Below, one piece after another: positions 11,101 through 27,246 of a DNA stretch of 64,000 bases. Origin of the DNA: Callorhinchus milii (Eukaryota); contig NW_024704751.1 of the NCBI RefSeq assembly GCF_018977255.1, positions 9,796,001 through 9,860,000 of the forward strand. The letters are read 5' to 3'. The position numbers were made by a program, and so were the translations under genes. Each line of letters starts with the position of its first letter. Positions within the stretch are counted from its first letter, which is position 1. The notes under the pieces are model-generated. The model worked only from the letters and a program-made list of their open reading frames with translations, ran no database searches and was not told where the DNA came from.

Positions 11101-14100
11101 TATCAACTGGATAGGTAGACTATGGACCTACCTTTGGATCCCGGACAACAAAATCAGGGATGTAGTTCTTACTGATCTTTAGCCAGTCTGGTATTTTGCT
11201 TGCATCCTGGAATGACAGAATATTAACTTTAAGTCACATTTGTATAAAGAAACATCGTAGCGGCTGTCAGAATTAAAACAGTTCTGAAACAAGCAGGAAA
11301 CTTTCATCACGTGGGAGCATCCGATTACCTTGCTGATTTTCACCATATCCAGTTCGGTCTGTAATCGGCCCAGCGTAGCGTCGTCATGGCCACCTCCACA
11401 CTTGGTCACTGTGCACCAACATCCAGCTTTGGGTCGTAGCAGCCCATCAGGAAGATGGACATCATCCCACCTGAGTGCGAATGCAGAGAGCTCATGTCAT
11501 CGGTTGCTTCTCAGTTACCCAACCACGCCATGTTAACAGCACGCTTTCCATTAACGCCAAACATACGGCATTTTGTCTGTTGAAGGTAAGCACACGTGGG
11601 ATCTCAGCTGCGGTGTAATTCCACCACAATGTTCTTATACTTCACAAATCACAAGAAAGAAGCATCTATGCCTGAGCCTAGACACAGATACTATCCTTGA
11701 TCCTTCCAGAATACCCACCACCATCTTACCATTATAACCTGCAACATCTGATGATTACCCCTATGTGTTAAGAGAAGCAGTGCTCTGGGCTGTCCAGTAA
11801 AAAGGCCTTTCTTCAGCACTCTCACTGCAACTCCACTTTCCCCATTACAAAACCTGAGGAAACACAGCTGACCGTAAAATACCCTCAAAGGTATGGAAAG
11901 GCAGTGCTAGAATGAGCGCTTTATGGCTTAATGATCAGGAGTGCAAATATGCAACACAGCAGCAAAGAGTAACTATCTGAACGTCAGACAAGTACCTTTG
12001 TTTCCTTGTCCATAGAAAGCCCCCAGCACCACCAGGTCTGCAGTGTCGGCCATCGCACCTTCATTCAGATAGTCCTTCTTCACTTTCAGCCAGTGACGCT
12101 TTCCTGGTTCGTACAGACCCTACGCACAGAGAACGAGCTTAGCTATAACAGGATTCAGCATTGGGGTAGCACCATCAAACGGCAAATGACAATACTTTCC
12201 ATTTTAGTAGATTTAAAAAAATCTTTGTGCCAGAGTCAATTTATGAATTTTTTTTAAAAAAAATGATGCTGCTGCCACATATTTATTCTGGTGCAGTTGA
12301 AAATAGATTCCCTGGATACCGAGAGGATCTGAGAACCCCATCTTTCACAGTAAAGAGCATTGCAGCTGAAATCACTCAGGTTAATGTCTCACCTTAACGT
12401 CCTTTAGCACCAGTCCCTCCAGACCCTCTTTGATAACTCGATTGATCATGTCCCCCAGGTCGGAGGCCCTCTGTCAAAACAGGATACCAGATTAGATTGC
12501 AGTGATACAGTCTAGCTACACTGTAAAAGAGCATGATCATTTCATTTCACAGCCACACAGGAGACAACACAACACCCATTGTGTTCAGCGATCACAGACT
12601 GATTCAACATACAAATTTAACCCTGTTATAAGGTGGAGCCTTGGGTCCATAGAATTAAATTGGCCCCTTAAGGGGCATCAGATTACTGCTGGTGTCAGTG
12701 CCGATTGACCAGTACACTAAGCCAACCCAGTCAGCCACAAAGTGCACCACATTTCTGGTACAGTGTAGGCCCACAACCTATCCACCCTTTAAATGGTTCC
12801 ATTTTGTAACCAGTCATTTTATAACAGGGTCAGACTGTACACTACCTTCCACACAGATTGAGATCCTTAGGTCTCCATGTAAACATGGCTGCACTCACAT
12901 TCACGTGCCTCATCTCGGAAAACATGATCCTGTTGGGGATTTCCACCATGTTATCGTGAAGAAACTGCCTCCGCTCACGGATCGGTCTGTCAAGATAGAA
13001 AACTTAATGTAATAACAATAATAATCCTGGCATTTGATACAGCGCCTTATCACATCTTTAAGACGTCTCAAAGCGCTTCACAGGATATACAGTAAAGTGA
13101 ATTGACTGTGTATTTTGTGGGCGAAACGCGGCAGCCAATTGCGCACAGCAGCGTCCCACAAACAGTCGTGGATTGAGTGATCAAATTATTATTTTTTTTG
13201 AAGGGATTATTACACCCAGAAAAGCGATCCACCAATCGACTAACAAACAGGTTCCTATTTACTGCTAGGTAAATAGAGGCGTGAGGAGTAAGGAAACTTA
13301 ACAAGCGTTTCACCCTGCCCGGGAATCAAACCCAGGTCCTCTTGCTTGCAAGACGAGTGCTCTAACTACTAACCTACAGACTCCACAAAGTTTAAGAGAA
13401 TACAGGGGTATAGATGAGGGGTATAGGGGGCTCATCTGGAGTATACACTAGACTAGTTGGGTTGAATGACCTGTTTCCGTGCTGTATGCCTCTATGTAAC
13501 AAGATGCACAGACCTGTCCATGAGGCTGACACCATTGAAATAAATGCAGTCAAAGACAAACAGGCAAACGTTCGCATCTTTGAAGGCAGCTTTCTGGAAA
13601 AGAACATAAAACCCATTTAAAAAAAGATTCTTAAAACTAGTACACAATCACACCCAGCTCCTTGGCTTCACTGTTCTGCAGGTGTATTACAGGCTGCATC
13701 TCCCAACATAAAGCAAGACAAGTAATCAGAGGCATGGGGAATGCTCACAGAGCTTGACAAACCAACAATTACTGAGCTCACTATGCACTCAAAAAAACTT
13801 GCTGAGTAGCGTCCCGGTGCCCTTGACAGTGGGGGAGCCCGATGCCGAGCCGGAGTAAGGTGACCGTAGGCACAGTCGAACAGGAAGGTCTTCAGGCGCG
13901 ATGTGAAGATGAAGGTTTATCGTGAATGAAAGAGCGCATTTTGATCACATTACCTTATGTACACCCAGCGTTCCAAATGGGAGGGGCTTCCCTGTGGCTG
14001 TGTCAATCAGAAGCACCTCAGAGTCCAGTATCATGCTGTCACCCGCCACAAACGCTTTGGGAATAAAGTCCTTAAAATGAGCAACCTGGAACAGAGTGAA

Positions 14101-17100
14101 ATGGTCGGTTTAAGTAGATTTCATGCTAACGTGGGCAATTTAATGGTGTAAACTAATAGATATCAGAAGCCAGGTCGAGATCGACTCAAACTCATTGTAG
14201 ATTAGTCAAATCAGGAGATAGAGACATCACCTTGTCCCACATAGAAGCTCAGGCTCTCAAAGTAGTGTGATTAGTCATAGACTCCACACCTTTTGGTTGT
14301 AAAGCATCATTTTAAACGTTTTATAATGGGTTTCATTTGATCTGTACAGTAAGAGAGAGAGAGGGAGGAAGCAAGGGATTCTTACCTTGTGAGGTAACAC
14401 AGGTTTCAGACTCCTGCTATAGTACTGAAAGGTGTCTCCGTTCTTGTGCACCTGAACCCGCTCTCCGTCGTATTTGATTTCCGCGTACATGCCATTGGGG
14501 CACTTCTTCATAGCGTATTCTATCGATTTGCAAGCTTCAGCCTGGAGTCAGAGAGATTACACAAAACTTAAAATCTGTTGGGACAAGTAGGCTCTCTTAA
14601 AATAAATGCCAGTTTCCCTTTCCCCATTACATGGTCCGCTGGTGGAATAATCTAATGATTTTCACAAGCAGATTCCTACCACTTCACCATCTGAAAGTTT
14701 CATCTTCTGCGATTTCCCCACACGTATTAATCCCAGAAAAGCATTGGTCCACTAACCTATCAACAAATTGCTGTAGAAAGCGCCTACACCTCCGTAAATA
14801 CAATTGTTGGGACAAAGGGGAAGTTTCTGCTGTCAAATGCAAGGATCATCATTATTATCATCATCATCGTAAGCATACTGCTTACCAGCATGGGCTGGAC
14901 TGGAGTCAGAAGCGTTGCTGTGATGCTCAACATCTTCCTCATGCCTGGGACCTGCTGAGATTCTTGCTGGTTCTTGAGAACACGGTCCACCACGTCCTGT
15001 AAATTTCGTGAGGCTTTGAAGGCATCGTAAGCATTGGGATCCAGAGCGTCCAGCCTGATTGAAACCAACAAACAGGACAATCGTAGAATGACACAGCACT
15101 TTTGGCCCATTAAATCCGCAGAATTTTTCCTGCACGAGCCTGCATCTAATCCCACTCTCCAGCAAGCTCTCCATAACTGGTTATGAATTCAGTAGTTTAT
15201 TTTGATGGGTAACTTCTGTTCTTTACTGATATGTTCAGATATATTACCTCCCAGAAACTGCAGTACACAAATCACACATCCAGATAAATTTCGTAGACCT
15301 ATTTCTCCTCCCTCCTATTCCCCCATATTGGAAAATACAGTTAATTCTACTCCATTCAGGAAGGTGGAAAGACCTTTGTTTGGGACTAGAATGAAGAATT
15401 GTGTGGTTTCATCCGTCAAACAGCATGATCAATGAGACTGAATATATAGGCTGACATTTTAGTACAGTGCTGGGGGTCAGAGGTGCCACGTTAAACCAAG
15501 ATCCCGTCTCCCCAGTCACTTACACATGTTTGGCTCCACTATTCATCCGCAGGTCGTGCTTGATCAGCCGAATAATGCATTTCAGATCATTTCCTGTACA
15601 CCTGTAAGCCAGAAACAAACATATTTCAACCATTATTCTTACATTAGTCTATTCTGTGAAGCACTTTAAGACATCTAGAAGATGTGAAAAGCACTATGTC
15701 AAATGCAAGGTTTATTATTATTATAAAATATTTGACAGGCATTCCTTGAATGACTTGAAGCACAAATACAAAGGAAAGAATGGGAATCCCAATATAGCCA
15801 AGTGCAGCTTTCATACAGAACAACACGCTTCCACAGATGGATTACTCATCTTCCCGAGCAATCTCAGGTATCCTCTCGCCGGCTTTCGGCCAGACAAGCC
15901 CTTCATCTCCAACACTAGGTCTCACTGCCGTTTCATGAGGCAAGAAAAAACTTGAATCTTTATAACACCTTATCGTATTGAAACTTCTCAAGGTGCTTCA
16001 CAGATAATTATTGCTAACAGAATCTGAACTTTTACTGCAAGTAGGCTCAGATATCATCAACGACTTGCATTTATACAGCGCCTCCTCATGCAGGGCAATG
16101 TCCCAGAGCAATTGGGACACTACTCTGCTCCCCCCAGTCAGACTCACTCCCACATCTGCAGCAAAGCACTTTGCACCCAGTTGGGGTTTACTCTAAAGAT
16201 AGTAATGTTACGACTGTCTAGGGTTCAATCAATGACTGAGCCTTCAGCTACACCTTTTTCTGAAACTCTTTCCTAAAATTTCTTCATCTTGCAATCCCTC
16301 TCTTGTGTTCAAAAACCTCTCTTTCTGACCACGTCCTCAAATTCCTCCTCCTCCCTTCCCAGTGATTTCCCCTGTCGTACTCAAGGGGTCTGATGTTTGA
16401 AAGCTGCTGTATATCATCGTGAGGAAATGTGCCCTTGTGTGGCTCAGACTCACTTGGCAGTAATAGCCTGAAGCTCCCTCTGCTGCTCCTCCTCCCGAGT
16501 CAGCTTTGAGAGCCGAGTCAGAGCAGCCTCCACGTCCTGAATAGTCATCGTGCTCTTGGCTGCGGGAGGGAAGCTCGAGGTGCCTTCAAAAAAGATGCGC
16601 ACAGTCTCAGAGACGTCCCCCTACACAGAATTTACACAACCCCAATTATTATACACGGAGGAGAGAAGGGTATCAACACAAAGACTTCAGTCACATAAAC
16701 GATCCGAGCCAGCTGGGAGCTGAATTACTAAGCAGCTGAATGGTAGGAGGTGGGTTTGCTGGATCTCAGCCTTGCCATCGTGAGAGAAGGCATCATCCAC
16801 GATCAGATATCTGGACTTTTACAATTTAAAATTAAAATAGTGAATTATAACTTTAAAGTTAACATTTTTTTTTAAAATTAATGTAAAAGTTTAGCATTTG
16901 TTTTTCAGCTTAAAGCACCCTGACTAACCCACATTAAAACACAGGTCTGTGCAGATCCAGATCTGGCACCAGCAGGTTCAATAATACTGTGCCACAAACC
17001 TGCTCCAGGTCTCGGACCATGTCATCCAGACTGCAGTTAAATATCCTACTGAAGAGCTTGACAATCTGCTTGTCGTTCAGGTTGTACACATGTTTGATGA

Positions 17101-19451
17101 CGCCTGGGAGCAGGAGCTTTATAGTCAAATACACATCTCCATGGAATTTACCTGGGGAAGCAAACAGTGGACACTTATTCACAGCAGATCACTTCAAATG
17201 GAACCCAACAGAGAAATAAGCAAGTGACATGACATGAACATTACATGGCTTATATTGTTTGGATTGTAGTACATCAACTGCAGCTGGGCTCTTTGATTTG
17301 CCTACTGTTAGGCAGCAACCAACACCAACATATTTCTGCCCGAGTTCACATATCAGGCAAATTAATTAATTATTATTAATAGAGCAAATTAAAGGAACAT
17401 CTCTCACCATCACCACTTGTGCCCTTCCTGAGAAAGTCCTGGATGATCTGAGTCTTGCTGTTGTAGCTGGGCCTCTCTGCGATCGTCGCGCACAGTTTGC
17501 GGAATTCCCGCAATGAGCAGTCCTTGTGGTTGGGATCGCCCGCGACGACTGGCAGCTTGCTGCTTGAGGGCGAGGCCTTGCCACCTGGGCTTCCTCCTTT
17601 AGCTGCTTAAGAAATAAAATCATGGAGTTTCTTTAACAAAGCGAAGCATTTACGTTCAACTATCAATATTTACATTCCTAAATTAAGCTGTAAATTATAG
17701 ATTTAAGTACTTTCTAGAATTTTACATTTTAAGAACAGAATATTCTTATCACAGATTTACGTACAATGCCCTGATAGACCAACTACTTGTGAACAACATG
17801 ATATGACTTGGATATTGGTCTTACCTGAAAATCCAGAGAATTTAAGAGGTGATGGGCTGGATGTCGAGGGGGTCACCTTCTCTGGGGTAGTCTTGTATTT
17901 GGGGAAAGTGTTGCCCATCTTGATTGCATGTTCTATTCACAAGAAAGTAAAAAAGGGCATAGATGAGGTTGTGTCTGTCTTGCCTTGCACATCAACACCT
18001 CTGGTCTCATCATCTCCTGTCCTCCACCTACTTTTTTTCCTTTGACTTTCCCTGCCCCCTTCTCTAGTTTGTTCTTATAAACTGCTCCGTTCCAACATTC
18101 CCAGGTTCTGAGGAAAGGTCATCAACCTGAAACGTTAACACACTTTTCTCTCTCCATAGATGCTGCCTGAGCTGCTGAGCGTTCCCAGTGACTTCTGCGT
18201 TTATATCAGATTTCCAGAATCTGCATCTGAAGTTTAGGGAAATCAATGTGCTGCAATATAATGTCGCACCATCACATTACAGGCATTAGAGTCGTGTTAC
18301 TGGGGCAGTCTGCTGACAGGAATGGAGTACAACAACAATACAGTACAGTACTGAGGCCACATGGACTGCAACTTCTGAACCAACTGTATGTAGTCAGAAT
18401 ACCTTAACACCTGATGAAGTAATTAAAGCGACAAGTGATTTGGGTACAGTTTAACCAGTGATATGTTGCTGTGAAATGATGGGATAAAAATTTAACAACA
18501 ATGTACCTCCCCGTTTTTGACCATTCACACATCTCCCAAAGCTGGAAGCAGAGACCTGTCTTGAGAGAAGGAACTTATTTGTGCCTCTTGGGCACAATCA
18601 GCTGAACCACTCACTGAGGATAGATGGTGGTTGGGTGTGGGATGAACTCTCAGTCTGCCTATACTGCCCAAAACTGTGCTTCTCACACGACTGTCGTGCA
18701 CAGATCTTGGAGGCAGTGACCTGAAAGGCATCTCCAGCAGCAAACAGAGCGGCTGATCATGATGACATGGTAAGACACTATATCAAATGCAAGGATTCTT
18801 TTTATTATTAACAACAGAGGCGTTATTATTATTAACACAGATTCCCCGGTTCAGTGTGTGCTAACCTGTGATGTGCTTGTTGATCAGCTCTTTCTCTTCG
18901 TCCTGAAGCTCTTCCCAACCCTCCAGATCACTCAGATCATCGATCTTCTTCGTGCTCAGTCGAGCTCGCTCCAGCTTCTCGAACATACATTTGACATGGT
19001 ACCACTCCTTCATCTCCCCCGACTCCGAGAAGGGGTTTGGGACGATCTTGCCGATGCGCACCAGCCCCTTTGGGATCTTCTCCTTGCATTTCTTGCAGCC
19101 GGCCGTGCCACGCTTGGAATAGTCCACGCAGTATCGCTGCTCGGCCATGTCTGCTCTTGAGATACAGAATGTGTCGCTGAGAATTCGGGAGAGAACCAAG
19201 GCAAGGAGGGACTTGGAGAGCAGCTTCTGGTTTTGTGCTGCTGGAGCTTGCACGCTGCTCCACACCCAATGTGCCGGGAGCAAACAGCCCGACTGATGAC
19301 CCGACCCGAGCAGGAAAGGATGGGTAGAATTGCCGCTGCTTTGCTTTTCAAACACCGCCTTCACCAGTTGATTCCAAGCTGGCCAAATCCTCCTGGGTTG
19401 AAGCAAAACGTCCACAAAGTGCTGAGAAAGCTGCGTGCACAGCCTATGCAT
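8105..19451 (-). CDS. LIG3: DNA ligase 3 (alpha form, PARP-type Zn finger to BRCT), 20 coding exons; 1-nt frameshift in exon 11329-11470 as assembled
   Basis: Exons in transcript order: 18866-19451, 17825-17932, 17408-17605, 17000-17151, 16454-16620, 15524-15601, 14886-15054, 14386-14541, 13954-14085, 13514-13593, 12899-12986, 12393-12470, 11996-12119, 11329-11470, 11132-11206, 10794-10940, 10201-10384, 9362-9465, 9051-9125, 8105-8338. Motifs: Zn finger [16 protein letters not shown], adenylation motif [35 protein letters not shown]-terminal BRCT. About 1025 aa from 19451 and 924 aa from 19148 if the missing base is restored. Confidence 0.96.
8500..9040 (-). mobile_element. Degenerate CR1-type LINE fragment in the last LIG3 intron
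   Basis: Eroded RT-like sequence on minus (GGATCTGTACTGG...ATAAATGAT, resembling GSVLG..INDL), plus a CR1-like 3' end near 8520-8580. Confidence 0.45.
10416..10675 (-). mobile_element. SINE, internally deleted
   Basis: Head at about 10600-10675 and tail at about 10416-10475; Deu-like block missing. Confidence 0.8.
13012..13385 (-). mobile_element. SINE, full length, close to family consensus
   Basis: Head GGAGTCTGTAG..GGTTTGATTCCCGGGC, central blocks, tail GTGAAGCGCTTTGAGACGTC..GATAAGGCGCTGTATCAAATGC plus (ATT)n. Confidence 0.88.
18023..18228 (+). mobile_element. Penelope-type repeat remnant carrying a minimal hammerhead motif
   Basis: Homologous to 33580-33870 and 42875-42915. Contains CTGAGGA-A-AGGT-CATCA-ACCT-GAAAC-GTT. 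Penelope assignment is inferred from the established association of PLEs with minimal hammerheads. Confidence 0.6.
18105..18139 (+). ncRNA. Minimal type I hammerhead ribozyme-like motif
   Basis: GUU-CUGAGGA-A-AGGU(cauca)ACCU-GAAAC-GUU-AAC: core boxes intact, 4-bp stem II, 3-bp stem I, palindromic AACGUU in place of stem III. Confidence 0.55.
18866..19451 (-). CDS. LIG3: LIG3 first coding exon: 101-aa mitochondrial leader plus nuclear start MAEQRY (19148) and Zn finger
   Basis: ORF 18861..19451. Two in-frame ATGs, as established for vertebrate LIG3. Donor GTTAG after 18866. Confidence 0.9.
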
Positions 19452-19899
19452 GGAGCACGTTCACCTCAGGCATGTTCTCCCCCCCCACAACCCCCTAAAT
19501 ACAGACACACAAGAGAGATCGTAAGTAAAGGGATAGAAAGCCCACTGTTAAAACCACACGGTACTCCCCTTGCGGTCCAGGGGCTCTGTGAAACGCGAAA
19601 GGTTAAACGTTTAATCCACGGCCGTCTGTGGGACGTTCACCGCTGCCGCGTTTCGCGCACAAAGCACACAAAGCCAATTCATTCCACGCTGCTGCATTCC
19701 GGGCAGCGCTTTTGAGACGTCTCGAAGGCGCGGTGTCAAACTGCCGGCATCGCTATCGCTGCTATAATATTTTGGAAAAGCTGCAGAGAATCGAGGGGAT
19801 TTTTTTTTTTTAAAAAGAAAAAACCCAAATCATTTCCAAAGCATCGACACGACGACACCCACCCACCCACCCGCCCGCTCCAGCAGAACAGCTCAACAC

Positions 19900-21542
19900 A
19901 ACCCCCCAACACCCCCACCCCCGCTTCTTGGGACTTGGGTTTGCCCGCCGACAGAAAGCGGACTTTCCCTTTAAAGCGGCGCCTTTAAATAAACGAAGGC
20001 TGGTCAAGCAGTCGGGACTCCGGCGCCCGGGGCCGAACTCGAGCCCGAGGCTTGGAGGCCTAGGCGAGGGGGGGGGGTGTGGGGGGGAGAGCAGTTTCCT
20101 CGATGGGGGAGATACCCCCAGAGGGGACGTTGGGAGTTTAAACGCATCGTGAGGGGAGGGGAGGCGAGGAGGAGGCCGCGAGCTGTTTGAGGCGAATTAA
20201 ATCGAGCCCGAGGCTTCAAAGGAAGGCCTCCTCCTCCTCCGCCTTCCCTCCCACGGGTCGCGGGGGCGGTTGCTGTCGGTTCCCGGGGTCGGGCAGTGAG
20301 GACGGACGGACGGACGGACTGACTGACTGACTGGCGGAGCCCGCGCCGCCGCGGCCTGAGGGGGACTCGGGTCGGTCGGTCGGTCACTCACTCACTCGCT
20401 CGCGCTCTCGCGCCACCTCTCCTTTAAATAACCGCCAACTCCGCTTTGTTTCTGATGACGTTTCCCCCCGTTAAAGGCGCTGGTCACCCCAACTCTGCCG
20501 ACAACAAACATGGATTCCCACACACACACACACACACACACAGCAATAATAATAATAATAATAATAATAATCCTCGGACCTGCATACAGCGTCTTATCCG
20601 CCTCAGAGCGCCTCACGGGCTGCACCGTAAAGTGAATCGACTGTGCTATTCTGTGAGCGCGAGACGTGTAATTGTAATTACTAATAATTGAAAGGCCCCA
20701 ATAAACAGGTCACAAGTTAAAATCAAACGCATCAAACAAAAACCCTGGGCCCGGTTCCCCCCCAATCCCACTCCCCCCGGAATATAAATGGTAATCTTTG
20801 TATTTGTCCCGGGATCCGAAACTGTAAAGCGCTCCGAGACGCCGTCCGGCGTGGAGGGCGCTGTATAAATCCGAGTTGTTGTTGTTGTTGTTGTGGTGCC
20901 CTTAGACTGTCGCCCACAGACAACACAGTCGCTCCACTTTACAATATGTACTGTGAGGAGGTGAACGTGAGCGGGCGAGTGAGAGTGTGAGCAGGTGTGA
21001 GTGAGTGTGAGGAGGTGAGTGTGAGCAGGTGAGAGTGTGAGCAGGTGTGAGTGAGTGTGTGAGTGTGAGCAGGTGTGAGTGTGAGGGGTGAGTGTGAGCA
21101 GGTGTGAGTGTGAGCAGGTGTGAGCGTGAGAGAGTGTGAGCAGGTGTGAGGGAGTGAGTGTGAGCAGGTGCGAGTGTGAGGGTGTGAGGGGGTGTGAGTG
21201 TGAGGGGGTGAGTGTGAGCAGGTGTGAGTGTGAGCAGGTGTGAGCGTGAGAGAGTGTGAGCAGGTGTGAGGGGGTGAGTGTGAGCAGGTGTGAGTGTGAG
21301 CAGGTGTGAGCGTGAGAGAGTGTGAGCAGGTGTGAGGGGGTGTGAGTGTGAGCAGGTGCGAGTGTGAGCAGGTGAGTGAGTGAGAGTGAGAGAGTGTGAG
21401 GGGCTGTGAGTGTGAGGGGTGGAGCGCCACCTGCAGGAAGCTGTCATCCAGACGTGACCTCACGCCGTAAAGCGGGGCGGTGTGTCGTGCTGCGGACACT
21501 GCCGTCAGTGGGATTGTCGCGGCGGCGGCGGCGGCGGCAGCA
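19900..21542. promoter_or_regulatory. CpG-rich divergent promoter region of LIG3 and NSUN5
   Basis: Head-to-head genes. CpG-dense at about 19900-20500 and 21420-21780. Possible LIG3 non-coding exon donor (GTGAGT on minus) near 20390. Confidence 0.6.
20955..21420. repeat. Minisatellite built from GTGTGA/GTGTGAGCAG units
   Basis: Many near-identical GAGTGTGAGCAGGTGT units with visible higher-order repetition. Confidence 0.9.
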
Positions 21543-26287
<4,745 letters not shown>

Positions 26288-26891
26288 CTTCAAACATCAG
26301 CTGAGGAACAGAGGTGTGTGTGAAGACAAACTGGGAATCTGAAACACACAGTGGACAAGACCTAATTAACAGCTGACTTAGGAGTGAGGAGCCCTGTGCA
26401 GACAGAATGGATGAAATTGGTGTATGATGTATTGATTGATATTGCACTGGCACAGGTACCTCTGCTCTGGACCAGTCACTTCTAAACATTTTCTTGCCCA
26501 TCCTGGGTCTGGACACAAGAAGGAGCTGAGGGGGTCCCAGCCTGACTCGTTTCCCTTCCACCTTCTCTTGCAACGGAGCCTAAAACCAACCTCAAGGACA
26601 TGATCAACACACGTTTGTTACCCCCCAGGTGACTCAACAAGCAGCAGCGTCCAGTTCAAATGGATTCAGTGATTGGTTTGATGGGTTAATCGTCAGCAGT
26701 GGGCATAAGCTCTTCACTTCTCTCCTACGCTAGGAATGTCCCAAATTGTGCCAGGCAAAGTGGGACGGGCAGTGCCGAGAACTTGGATATACAAGAGCTG
26801 TACTGCACACAGTCATTGCACAGTGCAGTTCTGTAGATACAGTATTAAATGGTTTAGCTCTGGTTCACATTCGAGTTGAATTTGATTGCAG

Positions 26892-27246
26892 CAATAACCC
26901 TCGCATTTGATATAGCACCTTATCACGTCTTCAGTCTGTCTCAAAGCGCTTCACAGAATATACTGTAAAGTGAATTGACTATATTTTGTGGGCAAAACGC
27001 ACTCAGCAGCGTCCCACAAAACAGTCGTGGATTGAGTGACCAATTTTTAAAAAAAAATGTTTTAAGGATTATTATCCATAAAAGTAATCCACCACTCGAC
27101 TAAACAACCGGGTTGACTTATTTCCTGCTGGGTAAACAGGTGTGTGGAGCAAGGAAACTTGCCTAACGTTGCACCCCGCCCAGGAATCAAACCCAGATCC
27201 TCCGCTTGCGAGGCGAGCGGTCTAACTACTGAGCTGCAGGACTCCA
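26892..27246 (-). mobile_element. SINE, full length, between the NSUN5 and POM121 3' ends
   Basis: Complete head, central and tail blocks. Confidence 0.88.

Noticed and set aside
8105-19451. LIG3 as a pseudogene
   Set aside because: Single lesion in a homopolymer, with all motifs and splice sites otherwise intact.
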